From positions 69,541-133,540 of the forward strand of contig JAQWFB010000001.1 of NCBI GenBank assembly GCA_028704635.1: a stretch of 64,000 bases of DNA, read 5' to 3'. Origin of the DNA: Candidatus Shapirobacteria bacterium (GTDB lineage Bacteria; Patescibacteriota; Microgenomatia; UBA12405). Each line of letters begins with the position of its first letter. Position 1 is the first letter of the stretch. Positions 1 to 9,286 of the stretch are shown here, in pieces. A program made the translations under genes and the position numbers. The notes under the pieces are model-generated. The model searched no databases. It was not told the origin of the DNA and saw only the letters and a list, made by a program, of their open reading frames with translations.

Positions 1-157
1 GTTCATCAGAAACGTAAGTCACCACACCCTTTCCTACAGAAGAAATAATAATAACTGCCGCAATACCAATAATTATTCCCAACATAGTAAGCAATGATCT
101 TAGTTTATTTATTTTTAAAGAATCAATCGCTGATTTTAATGTTTCTTTTATCTCCAT
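1..157 (-). CDS. ABC transporter permease, MacB/FtsX family (N-terminal part, runs off window)
   Basis: Manual translation MEIKETLKSAIDSLKINKLRSLLTMLGIIIGIAAVI..., typical MacB permease N-terminus; follows ABC ATPase. Confidence 0.85.
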   Translation of the reverse strand, partial: MEIKETLKSAIDSLKINKLRSLLTMLGIIIGIAAVIIISSVGKGVVTYVSDE

Positions 158-160
158 AAT

Positions 161-868
161 TTATGGTTTATTTTTAACATCTGAAACAATTTTTCCATCA
201 ATTATTTTTATTTTTCTTTTAGCAAAATTAGCAATCTCTTCCTCATGAGTAATAATAATAATGGTGTGACCTTGTTTATTTAAATCTGAAAGTATATTTA
301 TAATTTCTAAAGAAGCTTTACTATCAAGATTTCCTGTCGGCTCATCTGCCAATATCACTGATGGATTCATAATTAATGCTCTAGCAATGGCCACTCGCTG
401 TATTTGACCCCCAGAAATATGATTTGAAAGATTGTCAGCCTTATCAGCAATTCCCACACTCGAAAGCGCCTTCATAACCCTTTGGTTACGTTCTGATGGT
501 GGTATTCCGCCATAAAGCATCGGTCTTTCAACATTTTTAAAAACCGTCATTTTGGGAAGTAAATTAAAAAATTGAAATACAAATCCTATTTCTTTATTTC
601 TAATATCAGCCAATTCATCTTCACTGTAACTGCTAATATTTTTACCCTTAAAAAATTGAGAACCTTCTGTTGGATTATCTAATGCTCCCAATATATGCAT
701 TAAAGTCGATTTTCCACTGCCAGACGGACCAGTAATTGCCACAAACTCTCCTTCATTTATATCCAGGTCAATACCATGTAAAGCTTCATAAAAATCATTT
801 TTACCCATTGGGTATTTTTTAAATATTCCCCTAAGACTAATCAAAAGCGTATCGTTTTTTTTAATCAT
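161..868 (-). CDS. ABC transporter ATP-binding protein (LolD/MacB-like)
   Basis: Walker A GPSGSGKST, signature ISGGQ, Walker B ILADEPTGNLD. Confidence 0.95.
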   Translation of the reverse strand: MIKKNDTLLISLRGIFKKYPMGKNDFYEALHGIDLDINEGEFVAITGPSGSGKSTLMHILGALDNPTEGSQFFKGKNISSYSEDELADIRNKEIGFVFQFFNLLPKMTVFKNVERPMLYGGIPPSERNQRVMKALSSVGIADKADNLSNHISGGQIQRVAIARALIMNPSVILADEPTGNLDSKASLEIINILSDLNKQGHTIIIITHEEEIANFAKRKIKIIDGKIVSDVKNKP

Positions 869-1996
869 TTATATTTTAAACATACTGGCTTTTGGTGTTT
901 GTTCGCTGGTAAGAGAGACAATAATTTTTTGTCCTTCATTAACTCCTTCAATTATTTGTGTAAACTCTTTTCCTCTTACCCCAATTTTTATCGGTAGATA
1001 TTGAATATTACCTTTATTATCCAAAATTCTAACAGCTCGACCTTTTTGATATGGTTTAATCGCAGTATTAGGTACAGCCAAAACATCAGTCAGTTCGCTA
1101 GTAATAATGTCCGCGTCAGCCGTCATTCCCGATTTTATTTTTTCGTCAGCATCAATCACAGAAATATATAAATTATATTTTGAAACACCCTGAACAACAG
1201 TTCCTTTTTCGTCAAATCTTTTCACCACTCCTTTATAAGTTTTATTTTCAATGGCATCAAATTTAACATCTGCTTTTTGCCCCACCTCAATTTTATTAAT
1301 ATCGTTTTCACCAATAGTAATCAGTATTTCCGTAGGACCACCACTTTTAATAAACAACACCAGATCAGAAGGGGAAAGTAAACTATTAGCCGTAACCATA
1401 GTACCCTCAATTACTGCTAAGTTAGTAATAACCCCAGCAATTGGAGCCACTGCCGTCGAATTTAATAAAGAATTATATTTTGTCTGAGCAGAAACCAAAT
1501 TAGCCTTGGCGGTCAAAAGGGCATCGTAAGCATTGTCGTTAGCAACCTCAGCTGTAGTTCTAGTCTCTTTTTCTAAAAAAGTTTCATCACTATCATTATT
1601 TTTTACATCATCATGGACCCTGTCAACTGTAGCAGAAGAACTACGACGGTTATTTTCCGCCTGTTGTACTGCTGATTTAGCAGACTGATATAAAGCATAA
1701 CCTTCGGCTTTTTCCTGTGGAGTGGCCGTGCTTTTTACACTAAACAATTTTTGTTTTTCAATAACTTTATCACCATTTAAGACATAAACTTTATCAATAA
1801 TTCCTGTAGTTGAAGAATAGATATAAACACCCCCACTTGCAGTGACCGTACCAGATTCAGAAACTATACCTGTTATATTTTTTCTACCTACAGTTTCAAA
1901 AACATATTCATTTTTTTTATTTGAAAAAAAAATCACTCCAACCACAGTTAAAACTATCACCACCATCACAATAATAATCCAGATTGTTTTCTTCAC
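869..1996 (-). CDS. Efflux membrane-fusion (MacA/HlyD-like) adaptor protein
   Basis: N-terminal TM, coiled coil, APIAGVI lipoyl-like motif, GMTADADI and LAVPNTAI motifs; operon with ABC genes. Confidence 0.9.
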   Translation of the reverse strand: MKKTIWIIIVMVVIVLTVVGVIFFSNKKNEYVFETVGRKNITGIVSESGTVTASGGVYIYSSTTGIIDKVYVLNGDKVIEKQKLFSVKSTATPQEKAEGYALYQSAKSAVQQAENNRRSSSATVDRVHDDVKNNDSDETFLEKETRTTAEVANDNAYDALLTAKANLVSAQTKYNSLLNSTAVAPIAGVITNLAVIEGTMVTANSLLSPSDLVLFIKSGGPTEILITIGENDINKIEVGQKADVKFDAIENKTYKGVVKRFDEKGTVVQGVSKYNLYISVIDADEKIKSGMTADADIITSELTDVLAVPNTAIKPYQKGRAVRILDNKGNIQYLPIKIGVRGKEFTQIIEGVNEGQKIIVSLTSEQTPKASMFKI

Positions 1997-2081
1997 TTTT
2001 TGTATTAAAACTAACTATTTAATTATACACATAGATATTATTAAAAATGATTTTTGTATCCTCAATGCTAAAATGTAAACA

Positions 2082-2294
2082 ATGAACCTAAGTAATAAAA
2101 GCTACACAATTTTTATTGGTACCAAAAATTTCACTGAAAAATATTACAAAGATAAAAATGGATGGTTAAAAATATCGGCAAAAGGAAATAAATTCCGAAT
2201 GACAGCTGAACAGGTCCTTAATCATTTATTACCCGCATTAGCTGATGTCAAGAAAAATTTGATTTTAAAAGTTGAACATCAAGATACCCCTTAA
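2082..2294 (+). CDS. Small hypothetical protein
   Basis: 70-aa ORF, extended -10 (TGcTAAAAT) just upstream, TAATG coupling to next gene. Confidence 0.6.
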   Translation: MNLSNKSYTIFIGTKNFTEKYYKDKNGWLKISAKGNKFRMTAEQVLNHLLPALADVKKNLILKVEHQDTP

Positions 2295-2866
2295 TGAAAA
2301 CAACCTCTCATTTTTTAGGAATAAATTTAAATAATAAATTATTTGCCGGACTATTCAAATCTTTACAAAAATATTTAAAAGAAAATAATATTGAAGATGT
2401 AATTAGTCTCCAAAATCTATCATCCTTACACATAACGATTTATTATTTTGGTGAAAATTTGGACGATGCAACTTTATCTAATTTAAAAAATGATTTATTA
2501 ACCTTGAACAAAAAAGAAAATTTATTTCCCATTTTTATTGATGAAGTAAACTTTTTTATGCAAGAAGGACAAAATCAACTTTGTTATTTATATCCCTTAA
2601 AAGATAGAAAAATATTAGAAATAAATTCAATTTTAAAACTAAAATATCTTAACAAAATTGTCGATAATAATTATCCTAAATATGTTCCTCATATAACCAT
2701 TTTTAAAATAAAAAATTTCGATTTATACCAAAAACATCAAGAAAATATATTGGCCATAATAAAACATTATCTTAAAGGAATCCGACGAGATAACGCTTTT
2801 AAATCCTTTAATCTTTTTTCAGTTAATTCAACTTTATCCCCAGAAAAGTACACCGTAATTTTTTAA
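2294..2866 (+). CDS. 2H phosphoesterase / 2'-5' RNA ligase family protein
   Basis: Two HxT motifs (LHITI, PHITI) about 87 aa apart. Confidence 0.8.
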   Translation: MKTTSHFLGINLNNKLFAGLFKSLQKYLKENNIEDVISLQNLSSLHITIYYFGENLDDATLSNLKNDLLTLNKKENLFPIFIDEVNFFMQEGQNQLCYLYPLKDRKILEINSILKLKYLNKIVDNNYPKYVPHITIFKIKNFDLYQKHQENILAIIKHYLKGIRRDNAFKSFNLFSVNSTLSPEKYTVIF

Positions 2867-2869
2867 ATA

Positions 2870-2894
2870 AAAAATCCCCTAAAGTAGGGGATTA
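2870..2894. terminator. Intrinsic terminator hairpin (T-tract on minus strand)
   Basis: AATCCCCT-aaagt-AGGGGATT with A-run on the left. Confidence 0.7.
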
Positions 2895-2946
2895 ATGCGT
2901 GTTGCCCGTGCCGGTCGTGCCCAATTCTATCACTATAATCTGAACA

Positions 2947-3528
2947 CTAACTACCAATTTGTTCAACCCAATCCTGAACATAGGTTTTTATTCGATCAAT
3001 CTCATCGTCTGGTAGTAAACCAGAGTGCATAATAACATTTCTAGACATCTCAAGGTCATCAAACCTAGAAGTTAACCAAGCCTGATTAGGAACTAAATCA
3101 GAAAAATCTGACCAATTATTAACCACAATATCAGACAAATCACCAAAAGTTGTATAACCAATATCGTTCGTGGATCTTTGCGAATGATATTTATTTTTTA
3201 ACTCTTTATTTTTTAAGTCCAGTACTCTTTTTTTTACTCTATCAGGAACACATTGGTTCCACCAGTCTTTACCACATCTTTCAAATAATCGATCAACAAT
3301 TAATTCTCTCGCAGAATTTTCTAAACAATGGAAAACAATATAAACTGAAGACATTTTATTTGCATCAGAATTTATCCTGGGGTTAAAACTAAATTTTTCT
3401 ACATCAATTCTTGGATTAATTAATTTTGTTTCACTTTTTAATATTCCATCAGAAATAAACTTATCCAATTGACATTGGACAAGCATTCCATCCATTACCA
3501 TTTTCTTTAAATTAGAGATGGATTTCAT
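2947..3528 (-). CDS. Swt1-like HEPN domain protein (putative RNase)
   Basis: RNVIMH (Rx4H) motif, LENSARELI, WW, YTTFGDL pattern of Swt1-HEPN. Confidence 0.8.
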   Translation of the reverse strand: MKSISNLKKMVMDGMLVQCQLDKFISDGILKSETKLINPRIDVEKFSFNPRINSDANKMSSVYIVFHCLENSARELIVDRLFERCGKDWWNQCVPDRVKKRVLDLKNKELKNKYHSQRSTNDIGYTTFGDLSDIVVNNWSDFSDLVPNQAWLTSRFDDLEMSRNVIMHSGLLPDDEIDRIKTYVQDWVEQIGS

Positions 3529-4178
3529 TGTTCCATTAAGTTTTCTTTAATACTTTTAAAAATCGCATTATATATATTTATATCGGTAGTCGCAGGTAAA
3601 TGAATTTGAATATTATAATGAAAATCCACCATTTCTTGTTTTATATACGGCTGTTTCGTTTTTTTCTCTTCCTCTGTATTTCTATCTTTTTTCTCAGTCT
3701 CAATTGGAAAGAGTGAATCTCTTTTTTCAAAATTAGCTAGTGGTAATAAAGATTTAAAGGTATTTAGATAACGAACGACAGTAGCATCATCCTTACCAGT
3801 AACCCTACCAATAGCTCCTTTTATTTCTGAATCAACAGCCTGATTAATATTAACGTTTAAAGCAAATAAATCAGAATATAAATCTCTTATCCTATCAGCC
3901 AAAACAACACCAAAATCTCCGCCGTCCTTTAATCTATTAAAATACTCTGTAGGAGCTCCATCTTGTGTCAAAAACCCCAACCTCTTTATCAACGGAATAA
4001 AAGCTCTGTCGTTAGTGCTAGAAAAACCCAATCTTCTTAAAAAATCGACAGTAAATCTTTGAGGAATCTCTGCTGATTTAATCTTCTCAAAGATAGCAGG
4101 AATTTTGTTGTTAGATATCATGTAGGGATATTCCATCATAATTTTAAAAAATATTAAACTGACGACATGATACACCAA
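3525..4178 (-). CDS. DUF5343-like protein (true start probably near 4137, MEYPY)
   Basis: YPY...KIKSAEIPQRFTVDFL..LGF...DR and C-terminal HYNIQIHLP motifs. Confidence 0.7.
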   Translation of the reverse strand: MVYHVVSLIFFKIMMEYPYMISNNKIPAIFEKIKSAEIPQRFTVDFLRRLGFSSTNDRAFIPLIKRLGFLTQDGAPTEYFNRLKDGGDFGVVLADRIRDLYSDLFALNVNINQAVDSEIKGAIGRVTGKDDATVVRYLNTFKSLLPLANFEKRDSLFPIETEKKDRNTEEEKKTKQPYIKQEMVDFHYNIQIHLPATTDINIYNAIFKSIKENLMEQ

Positions 4179-4305
4179 AACATAAAATTAATAAAATTTT
4201 TCTACAGGTTTAATCCGTTCGCTGTTTTCAAAGACAAAAATTCAATTTCAAAGGTAAAATAGGTAAAATATAGAAACATCGGACACCTCAAAGCGCTCAA
4301 TTTTG

Positions 4306-4376
4306 TTGCCCCGCATGGATTCGAACCACAATACTCAGCTCCAAAGGCTGATGTCCTACCATTAGACGACGGGGCA
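4306..4376 (-). tRNA. tRNA-Gln(TTG)
   Basis: Cloverleaf, acceptor TGCCCCG/CGGGGCA, anticodon loop CT-TTG-GA, GTTCGAAT. Confidence 0.95.
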
Positions 4377-4472
4377 CTAAGACAGGGGAATCATACCAAA
4401 AAAGACACCTCAAAACAAGCCAGAAAACCTTTTTTTAATAAATTTTTAATAAAAAAAATCATAATTTAAAAG

Positions 4473-5645
4473 GTGAATAAGATAATAGAAACTGAAAGAA
4501 TTCCTATTAAACTTTGGCTTGATGATATTGATGATAAAACCTTACAACAAGCCAAAAATCTTGCTAATTTACCTTTCGCTTTTCACCATATCGCCATTAT
4601 GGCCGACGCCCATGTCGGTTACGGCATGCCCATCGGCGGTGTTCTTGCCACTAAAGGTATGATTATTCCCAATGCTGTCGGTGTCGATATTGGTTGCGGT
4701 ATGTGCGCCGTCAGAACTTCTTTAACCCAAATCGACAAAGAAAATCTTAAAAAAATATTAGGACAAATCAGAACAGTTATCCCTGTTGGTTTTGCTCATC
4801 AACGTAAAAAACAAGCTCTTTCAGAACTATCCAAAATAGATTCCAACACTCTTGTTTCAAAAGAATATGAACATGCTCAATACCAAGTCGGCACTCTTGG
4901 TGGCGGTAATCATTTTATTGAAATTCAAAAAGGTAGTGATGGTTTTATTTGGATTATGGTTCATTCTGGCTCTCGAAATTTAGGTAAAAAAGTTGCCGAT
5001 CATTACAACCGCTTAGCCATTGAATTCGACAAAAATCATTTCCCTAATTTTGACAAAAAAATACAACTCGCATTTTTACCAATCGATTCTGCCGAGGGTC
5101 AAAAGTATTTAAAAGAAATGCAATATTGTGTTGATTTTTCTCTAGCCAACAAGAAATTAATAATAAATCGAGTCATGGATATTTTCAAACAATTTTTAAT
5201 TCCCAAATTTACCAACAAAATAGATTTTGGAGAAATAATAAATATTGCCCATAATTACGCCTCTTTTGAAAACCATTTTGGAAAAGATGTAATCGTTCAT
5301 CGAAAAGGCGCCACTAAAGCCAGTGTCAACACCATTGGTATTATCCCAGGTTCTCAAGGTTCAAACAGTTTTATTGTCCAAGGACTTGGAAATCCAGAAT
5401 CTTTTGAATCTTGCAGTCATGGTGCTGGCCGAAAATTAGGCCGAGAACAAGCCAAAAAAACACTAAACTTAACCGAGGAAATAAAAAAATTAGAAAATTT
5501 AGGCGTGTTGCACACCATTCGAGGTGTAAGAGATTTAGAAGAAGCCGCAGGCGCCTATAAAGACATTGATATCGTCATGCAAAATCAAAAAGATTTAGTA
5601 AAAATATTAGTCGAATTAACTCCACTAGCTGTCGTAATAGGCTAA
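4473..5645 (+). CDS. rtcB: RNA ligase RtcB
   Basis: ADAHVGYGMPIG, VGVDIGCG, GTLGGGNHFIE, VHSGSR, HRKGAT, SCSHGAGR motifs. Confidence 0.95.
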   Translation: MNKIIETERIPIKLWLDDIDDKTLQQAKNLANLPFAFHHIAIMADAHVGYGMPIGGVLATKGMIIPNAVGVDIGCGMCAVRTSLTQIDKENLKKILGQIRTVIPVGFAHQRKKQALSELSKIDSNTLVSKEYEHAQYQVGTLGGGNHFIEIQKGSDGFIWIMVHSGSRNLGKKVADHYNRLAIEFDKNHFPNFDKKIQLAFLPIDSAEGQKYLKEMQYCVDFSLANKKLIINRVMDIFKQFLIPKFTNKIDFGEIINIAHNYASFENHFGKDVIVHRKGATKASVNTIGIIPGSQGSNSFIVQGLGNPESFESCSHGAGRKLGREQAKKTLNLTEEIKKLENLGVLHTIRGVRDLEEAAGAYKDIDIVMQNQKDLVKILVELTPLAVVIG

Positions 5646-5649
5646 AATG

Positions 5650-5731
5650 TGCCGATGGAGGGACTTGAACCCCCACGCCTTGCGGCATACGCACCTCAAG
5701 CGTACGTGTATACCAATTTCACCACATCGGC
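5650..5731 (-). tRNA. tRNA-Leu(GAG)
   Basis: Long variable arm, anticodon arm TACGC-TTGAGGT-GCGTA. Confidence 0.95.
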
Positions 5732-5807
5732 AAAAAAAATAAATACTAAAATATTCTTTTGAATATTTAGCAAAAATTAAATTTTAAAAGTAAATAATAA
5801 TTTTAAG

Positions 5808-5880
5808 TGGCCACTGAGGGACTCGGACCCCCGACATCTTCGATGTAAACGAAGCGCTCTACCAACTGAGCTAAGTGGCC
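5808..5880 (-). tRNA. tRNA-Val(TAC)
   Basis: Anticodon arm CTTCG-TTTACAT-CGAAG; T-loop TCCGAGT. Confidence 0.95.
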
Positions 5881-5901
5881 CTCAGGGTCTGAAATAAAAT
5901 G

Positions 5902-5974
5902 AGCGAGAGACGGGATTCGGACCCGCGACCTTCTCCTTGGCAAGGAGACGCTCCACCAATTGAGCTACTCTCGC
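5902..5974 (-). tRNA. tRNA-Gly(GCC)
   Basis: Anticodon loop TTGCCAA; T-loop TCCGAAT. Confidence 0.95.
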
Positions 5975-5999
5975 ATATTTATATATTATATCAATTTTG

Positions 6000-6072
6000 T
6001 GCCGAAGGTAGGACTCGAACCTACATCCCAGGTTTTTCAGACCAGTGCCGTGACCATCTTGGCTACTTCGGC
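6000..6072 (-). tRNA. tRNA-Phe(GAA)
   Basis: Anticodon loop CTGAAAA; GTTCGAGT. Confidence 0.93.
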
Positions 6073-6122
6073 TAGAAGTGTCCTTATTATAAAGGAATAA
6101 GGTCAAAAACTAAAGAATTAAG

Positions 6123-6203
6123 TGCCAAGGGTGGGACTTGAACCCACATGTCTTGCGACACACCGTTCTGAGCGATGCTTGTATACCATTTCAACACCTT
6201 GGC
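6123..6203 (-). tRNA. tRNA-Leu(CAG)
   Basis: Anticodon arm CATCG-CTCAGAA-CGGTG, long variable arm. Confidence 0.95.
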
Positions 6204-6252
6204 AAAGTAAAGTATTCTACCATTTTAAGGCAATTTAATTGTAAAATCAGAC

Positions 6253-6708
6253 ATGAAACAAGCCACACTTTTATTTTTACTAAAAGACAATCAGATTCTT
6301 TTAGCCATGAAAAAACGTGGTTTTGGCCAAGGTCGCTGGAATGGTGTTGGTGGTAAACCAGAAGAAAACGAAAACATATTAGACACTGCTGTTCGTGAAA
6401 CCCAAGAAGAAATTAGTGTTATTCCTAAAAATATTTCTCAAGTCGCCACTCTGGATTTTTATTTCCAAAATAAATCAGAATGGAATCAACAGGTTTTAGT
6501 TTTTATCACCAATGATTGGGAAGGGGAGCCATCTGAGTCAGAAGAAATGAAACCCCAATGGTTTGAAACCAACAATCTTCCTTTTGATTCTATGTGGCCC
6601 GACGATCCATTTTGGTTACCTTCAATTTTATCTGGTAAAAAAATTCAAGCCGAATTTACTTTTGGTGATAACGATATTGTTTTAGACAAAAAAATAAATG
6701 AAATCTAA
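6253..6708 (+). CDS. NUDIX hydrolase, 8-oxo-dGTPase (MTH1/MutX-like)
   Basis: KKRGFGQGRWNGVGGK...AVRETQEE Nudix box, MWPDD motif. Confidence 0.9.
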   Translation: MKQATLLFLLKDNQILLAMKKRGFGQGRWNGVGGKPEENENILDTAVRETQEEISVIPKNISQVATLDFYFQNKSEWNQQVLVFITNDWEGEPSESEEMKPQWFETNNLPFDSMWPDDPFWLPSILSGKKIQAEFTFGDNDIVLDKKINEI

Positions 6709-7507
6709 TATTTCCAAAAAAGACATCGAATCAGGTAAAGAAATAATTGAAAAATTATCAAAATTAAATCCAAAATTATTACCCCATCACTTAAAAGATA
6801 TTATTTCTGATTACCAAAAATTTTTACCTCATCCCCAAAAATACGGTCTTTGGTCATCAAATAAAACCAAACATCCTAAATTTAGCCAAAAATATGACAA
6901 AATTCTACTTTTACTTAACGGTGTCACCGCCGGCGGTAAAGATGCTATCCATCAAGAAATGGAAAAATTAGCTCCAAATTTGTTTTCTAAAGCAGTCACT
7001 GCCACTTCTCGTCCACCTCGTGAAGGCGAAGTTCACGGTCAAGATTATTATTTTTTCGAAAACCATAAAATTTTTAGACAATCACTTAAAAATGGTGAAT
7101 TTCTTGAATATTATCAAAGAGGAGAAACTTATTACGGTCTTCCCAAAAAAAGTTTGGAAAATTCTATTAATCATCCCAGTCCAATCATTTATTCTCAACT
7201 TGAAATGAGTGGTTGGTCAAAAGCCGAAAAATACATTTCCGCTAATCATCCTAATATTTTTATTTTAAAAATTTTTGTTATTCCAGATATGAATTTTTCC
7301 GATTACAAAAATTGGTTAATTGAAAAAAGAAGTGATAATGATTTAGAATCTCGTCTTAACAAGACTGGTTGGGAATTAAAAAAAGCCCCAAAAAAATCCG
7401 ATTTTATTATTATCAACCATATTGAAGAAAATACTGATTCTCTCACTCGCACCGCCCAAACTATTATCAATCAAATCACTGATTTATTAAAAAACCCAAT
7501 TAAATAA
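6698..7507 (+). CDS. gmk: Guanylate kinase-like protein with N-terminal extension
   Basis: P-loop GVTAGGKD, TSRPPREGEVHGQDYYF, FLEY...YYG. Confidence 0.75.
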   Translation: MKSNISKKDIESGKEIIEKLSKLNPKLLPHHLKDIISDYQKFLPHPQKYGLWSSNKTKHPKFSQKYDKILLLLNGVTAGGKDAIHQEMEKLAPNLFSKAVTATSRPPREGEVHGQDYYFFENHKIFRQSLKNGEFLEYYQRGETYYGLPKKSLENSINHPSPIIYSQLEMSGWSKAEKYISANHPNIFILKIFVIPDMNFSDYKNWLIEKRSDNDLESRLNKTGWELKKAPKKSDFIIINHIEENTDSLTRTAQTIINQITDLLKNPIK

Positions 7508-7954
7508 TTAATTAATCTTTTTACCGTGTTCAATTAAAGCTTCTATTCTTTGCCAAGTATAACCAGGTAATTCATCTTTCATTTTTACCATTTCACTTAA
7601 AGTTAACCATCTAATTTCTTCCTGATCTTCCAATGGTTGCGCTTCACCTGATTTGTAATAACACAAAAAGGTCATCATAATTACATGGTGACCGCTAATT
7701 CGAACAAAGCCATCGTTATAAATAAATTCAATATGATCTTCTATCTCTAATCCAACCTCTTCCATTATTTCCCGTTTTAAGGCATTTTCGATAATATCTT
7801 TTCCAATTTCATCATCTAATTTTCCACCAGGAAAACTCCATTGACCTCCAGCCTGTAGATCATTAAAACTTCTCCTCGCTAATAAATATTCATCACCCTT
7901 TTTAACTATTCCTGTAACTGCAACTACATGAGTTGTAATGTCATTTTCTTCCAT
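7508..7954 (-). CDS. NUDIX hydrolase
   Basis: WSFPGGK...ALKREIMEEVGL. Confidence 0.9.
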   Translation of the reverse strand: MEENDITTHVVAVTGIVKKGDEYLLARRSFNDLQAGGQWSFPGGKLDDEIGKDIIENALKREIMEEVGLEIEDHIEFIYNDGFVRISGHHVIMMTFLCYYKSGEAQPLEDQEEIRWLTLSEMVKMKDELPGYTWQRIEALIEHGKKIN

Positions 7955-8298
7955 TATTTTTTAGTTTTTTTAACCAAATTATTTTCCGGATTTTTATGAT
8001 TATATTTTCCCAAAATTTCCTTACTCACCATTTCAAAAGCTTCCTCAATATCCACTCCTAGTTGATTGGCCAAACGACAAGTTCCAAAAAATAAATCACC
8101 AATTCCATCTTTAAAAATCATTTTATTTTTATCAACAAATTCAATTCTTTCCTCTTCATTTTTATAACGAAGATATTGAGACATCTCAATTAACTCTTCG
8201 TGTAAATGGTCAAATTTATCAATATTTGGCGTATCTTTCCAGTTATTTCTTTTAGAAAAATCTTTTACCAATTTTTGAGCCTCTTTAATGGTTTTCAT
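7954..8298 (-). CDS. MazG-like nucleotide pyrophosphohydrolase
   Basis: LHEELIEM...DGIGDL...LANQLGVDIEEA all-alpha NTP-PPase pattern. Confidence 0.8.
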   Translation of the reverse strand: MKTIKEAQKLVKDFSKRNNWKDTPNIDKFDHLHEELIEMSQYLRYKNEEERIEFVDKNKMIFKDGIGDLFFGTCRLANQLGVDIEEAFEMVSKEILGKYNHKNPENNLVKKTKK

Positions 8299-8397
8299 TT
8301 TTTTTATTTATTCTTATTTTACCAATTGCCTTTTAAGATATCACTTTCATATATGATTCCATAATTCTACTAAATAAATCCCAAAATTTTTATAATA

Positions 8398-8832
8398 TTA
8401 ATACTCAATAAAATTAACATCTAAAATTATCTGCGAACATAAACTTCCTTTAGAAGCTGCTTCCTTTAAAAGATTTAAATCCATTGTCCATTTTTGATCA
8501 ATATATTTTGTATTTACCGTTTTAGCTTTAAATACTGACGGGGCTCTACCAACTAACTTTGATTTAATATCCATTAATATAAAATCGTAATCACCTCTAT
8601 CAACTCTTTTAATCCCCATAAAACCAACTGGTTCTATTTCAGTGTTAAGCTTTTCCTTTCCTACGCGTCTTACTGCATCCTCTGGTAACTCATTACCTTT
8701 AATAGTAACTGCCGGTAAACCCCAAACATTCGGCAATTTATCATCATCCTCTGGTCTTTTAACAATTAAGAACTCTTTATCATTTTCAGGATTTATTAAA
8801 AAAATTGCAACCGAAAATTTTGTGTCTTTCAT
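8398..8832 (-). CDS. NUDIX-like hydrolase (degenerate box)
   Basis: LIVKRP..WGLPA..ELPEDAVRRVGKEKL. Confidence 0.7.
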   Translation of the reverse strand: MKDTKFSVAIFLINPENDKEFLIVKRPEDDDKLPNVWGLPAVTIKGNELPEDAVRRVGKEKLNTEIEPVGFMGIKRVDRGDYDFILMDIKSKLVGRAPSVFKAKTVNTKYIDQKWTMDLNLLKEAASKGSLCSQIILDVNFIEY

Positions 8833-8855
8833 AATTAAAAAAAATCAAACCTTTG

Positions 8856-8926
8856 AGCGGGTAGGGGGAATCGGACCCCCGCCGAAAGATTGGAAATCTC
8901 TCGTTCTACCACTAAACTATACCCGC
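8856..8926 (-). tRNA. tRNA-Gly(TCC)
   Basis: Anticodon loop TTTCCAA; T-loop TCCGATT. Confidence 0.93.
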
Positions 8927-8998
8927 ATTCAAACTCAATTTTACACCATACTACGGGTACCTTCAATCTTTTATTAATTAAGTAGAGTAAAATAAATT

Positions 8999-9283
8999 AT
9001 GACGAAAAATATCATTTTTGGTCTATTTTCGATTTTGATTGGCTATATTTCTGGAAGAACCGGTCATTTAATCGGTGGACTGTCTCTTAGTCCTCACCAC
9101 TGGATCTATGGATTTATTATAATGATTCTTGGATTAATTTTATATAAAAAATATTCTAAATATTATTTTTTAATTGGATTTTTAGGAATAGGTATTTTCA
9201 TCAGTGATCTTAACGATTTTTTAAACCTTCAATTTTATGGCGTCGACACTGTTAATAAATTTATTTTTTGGAATATAGACTAA
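8999..9283 (+). CDS. Small membrane protein
   Basis: Three hydrophobic segments, HHWIYG motif. Confidence 0.65.
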   Translation: MTKNIIFGLFSILIGYISGRTGHLIGGLSLSPHHWIYGFIIMILGLILYKKYSKYYFLIGFLGIGIFISDLNDFLNLQFYGVDTVNKFIFWNID

Positions 9284-9286
9284 ATT

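Noticed and set aside
2893-2925. Minus-strand mini-ORF TTG-GTTGTGNTH as a Thr-rich peptide
   Set aside because: Spans the proposed att junction, with no downstream gene to regulate
5882-6356. ORFs 5882-6106 and 6138-6356
   Set aside because: They overlap tRNA genes and are translation artefacts
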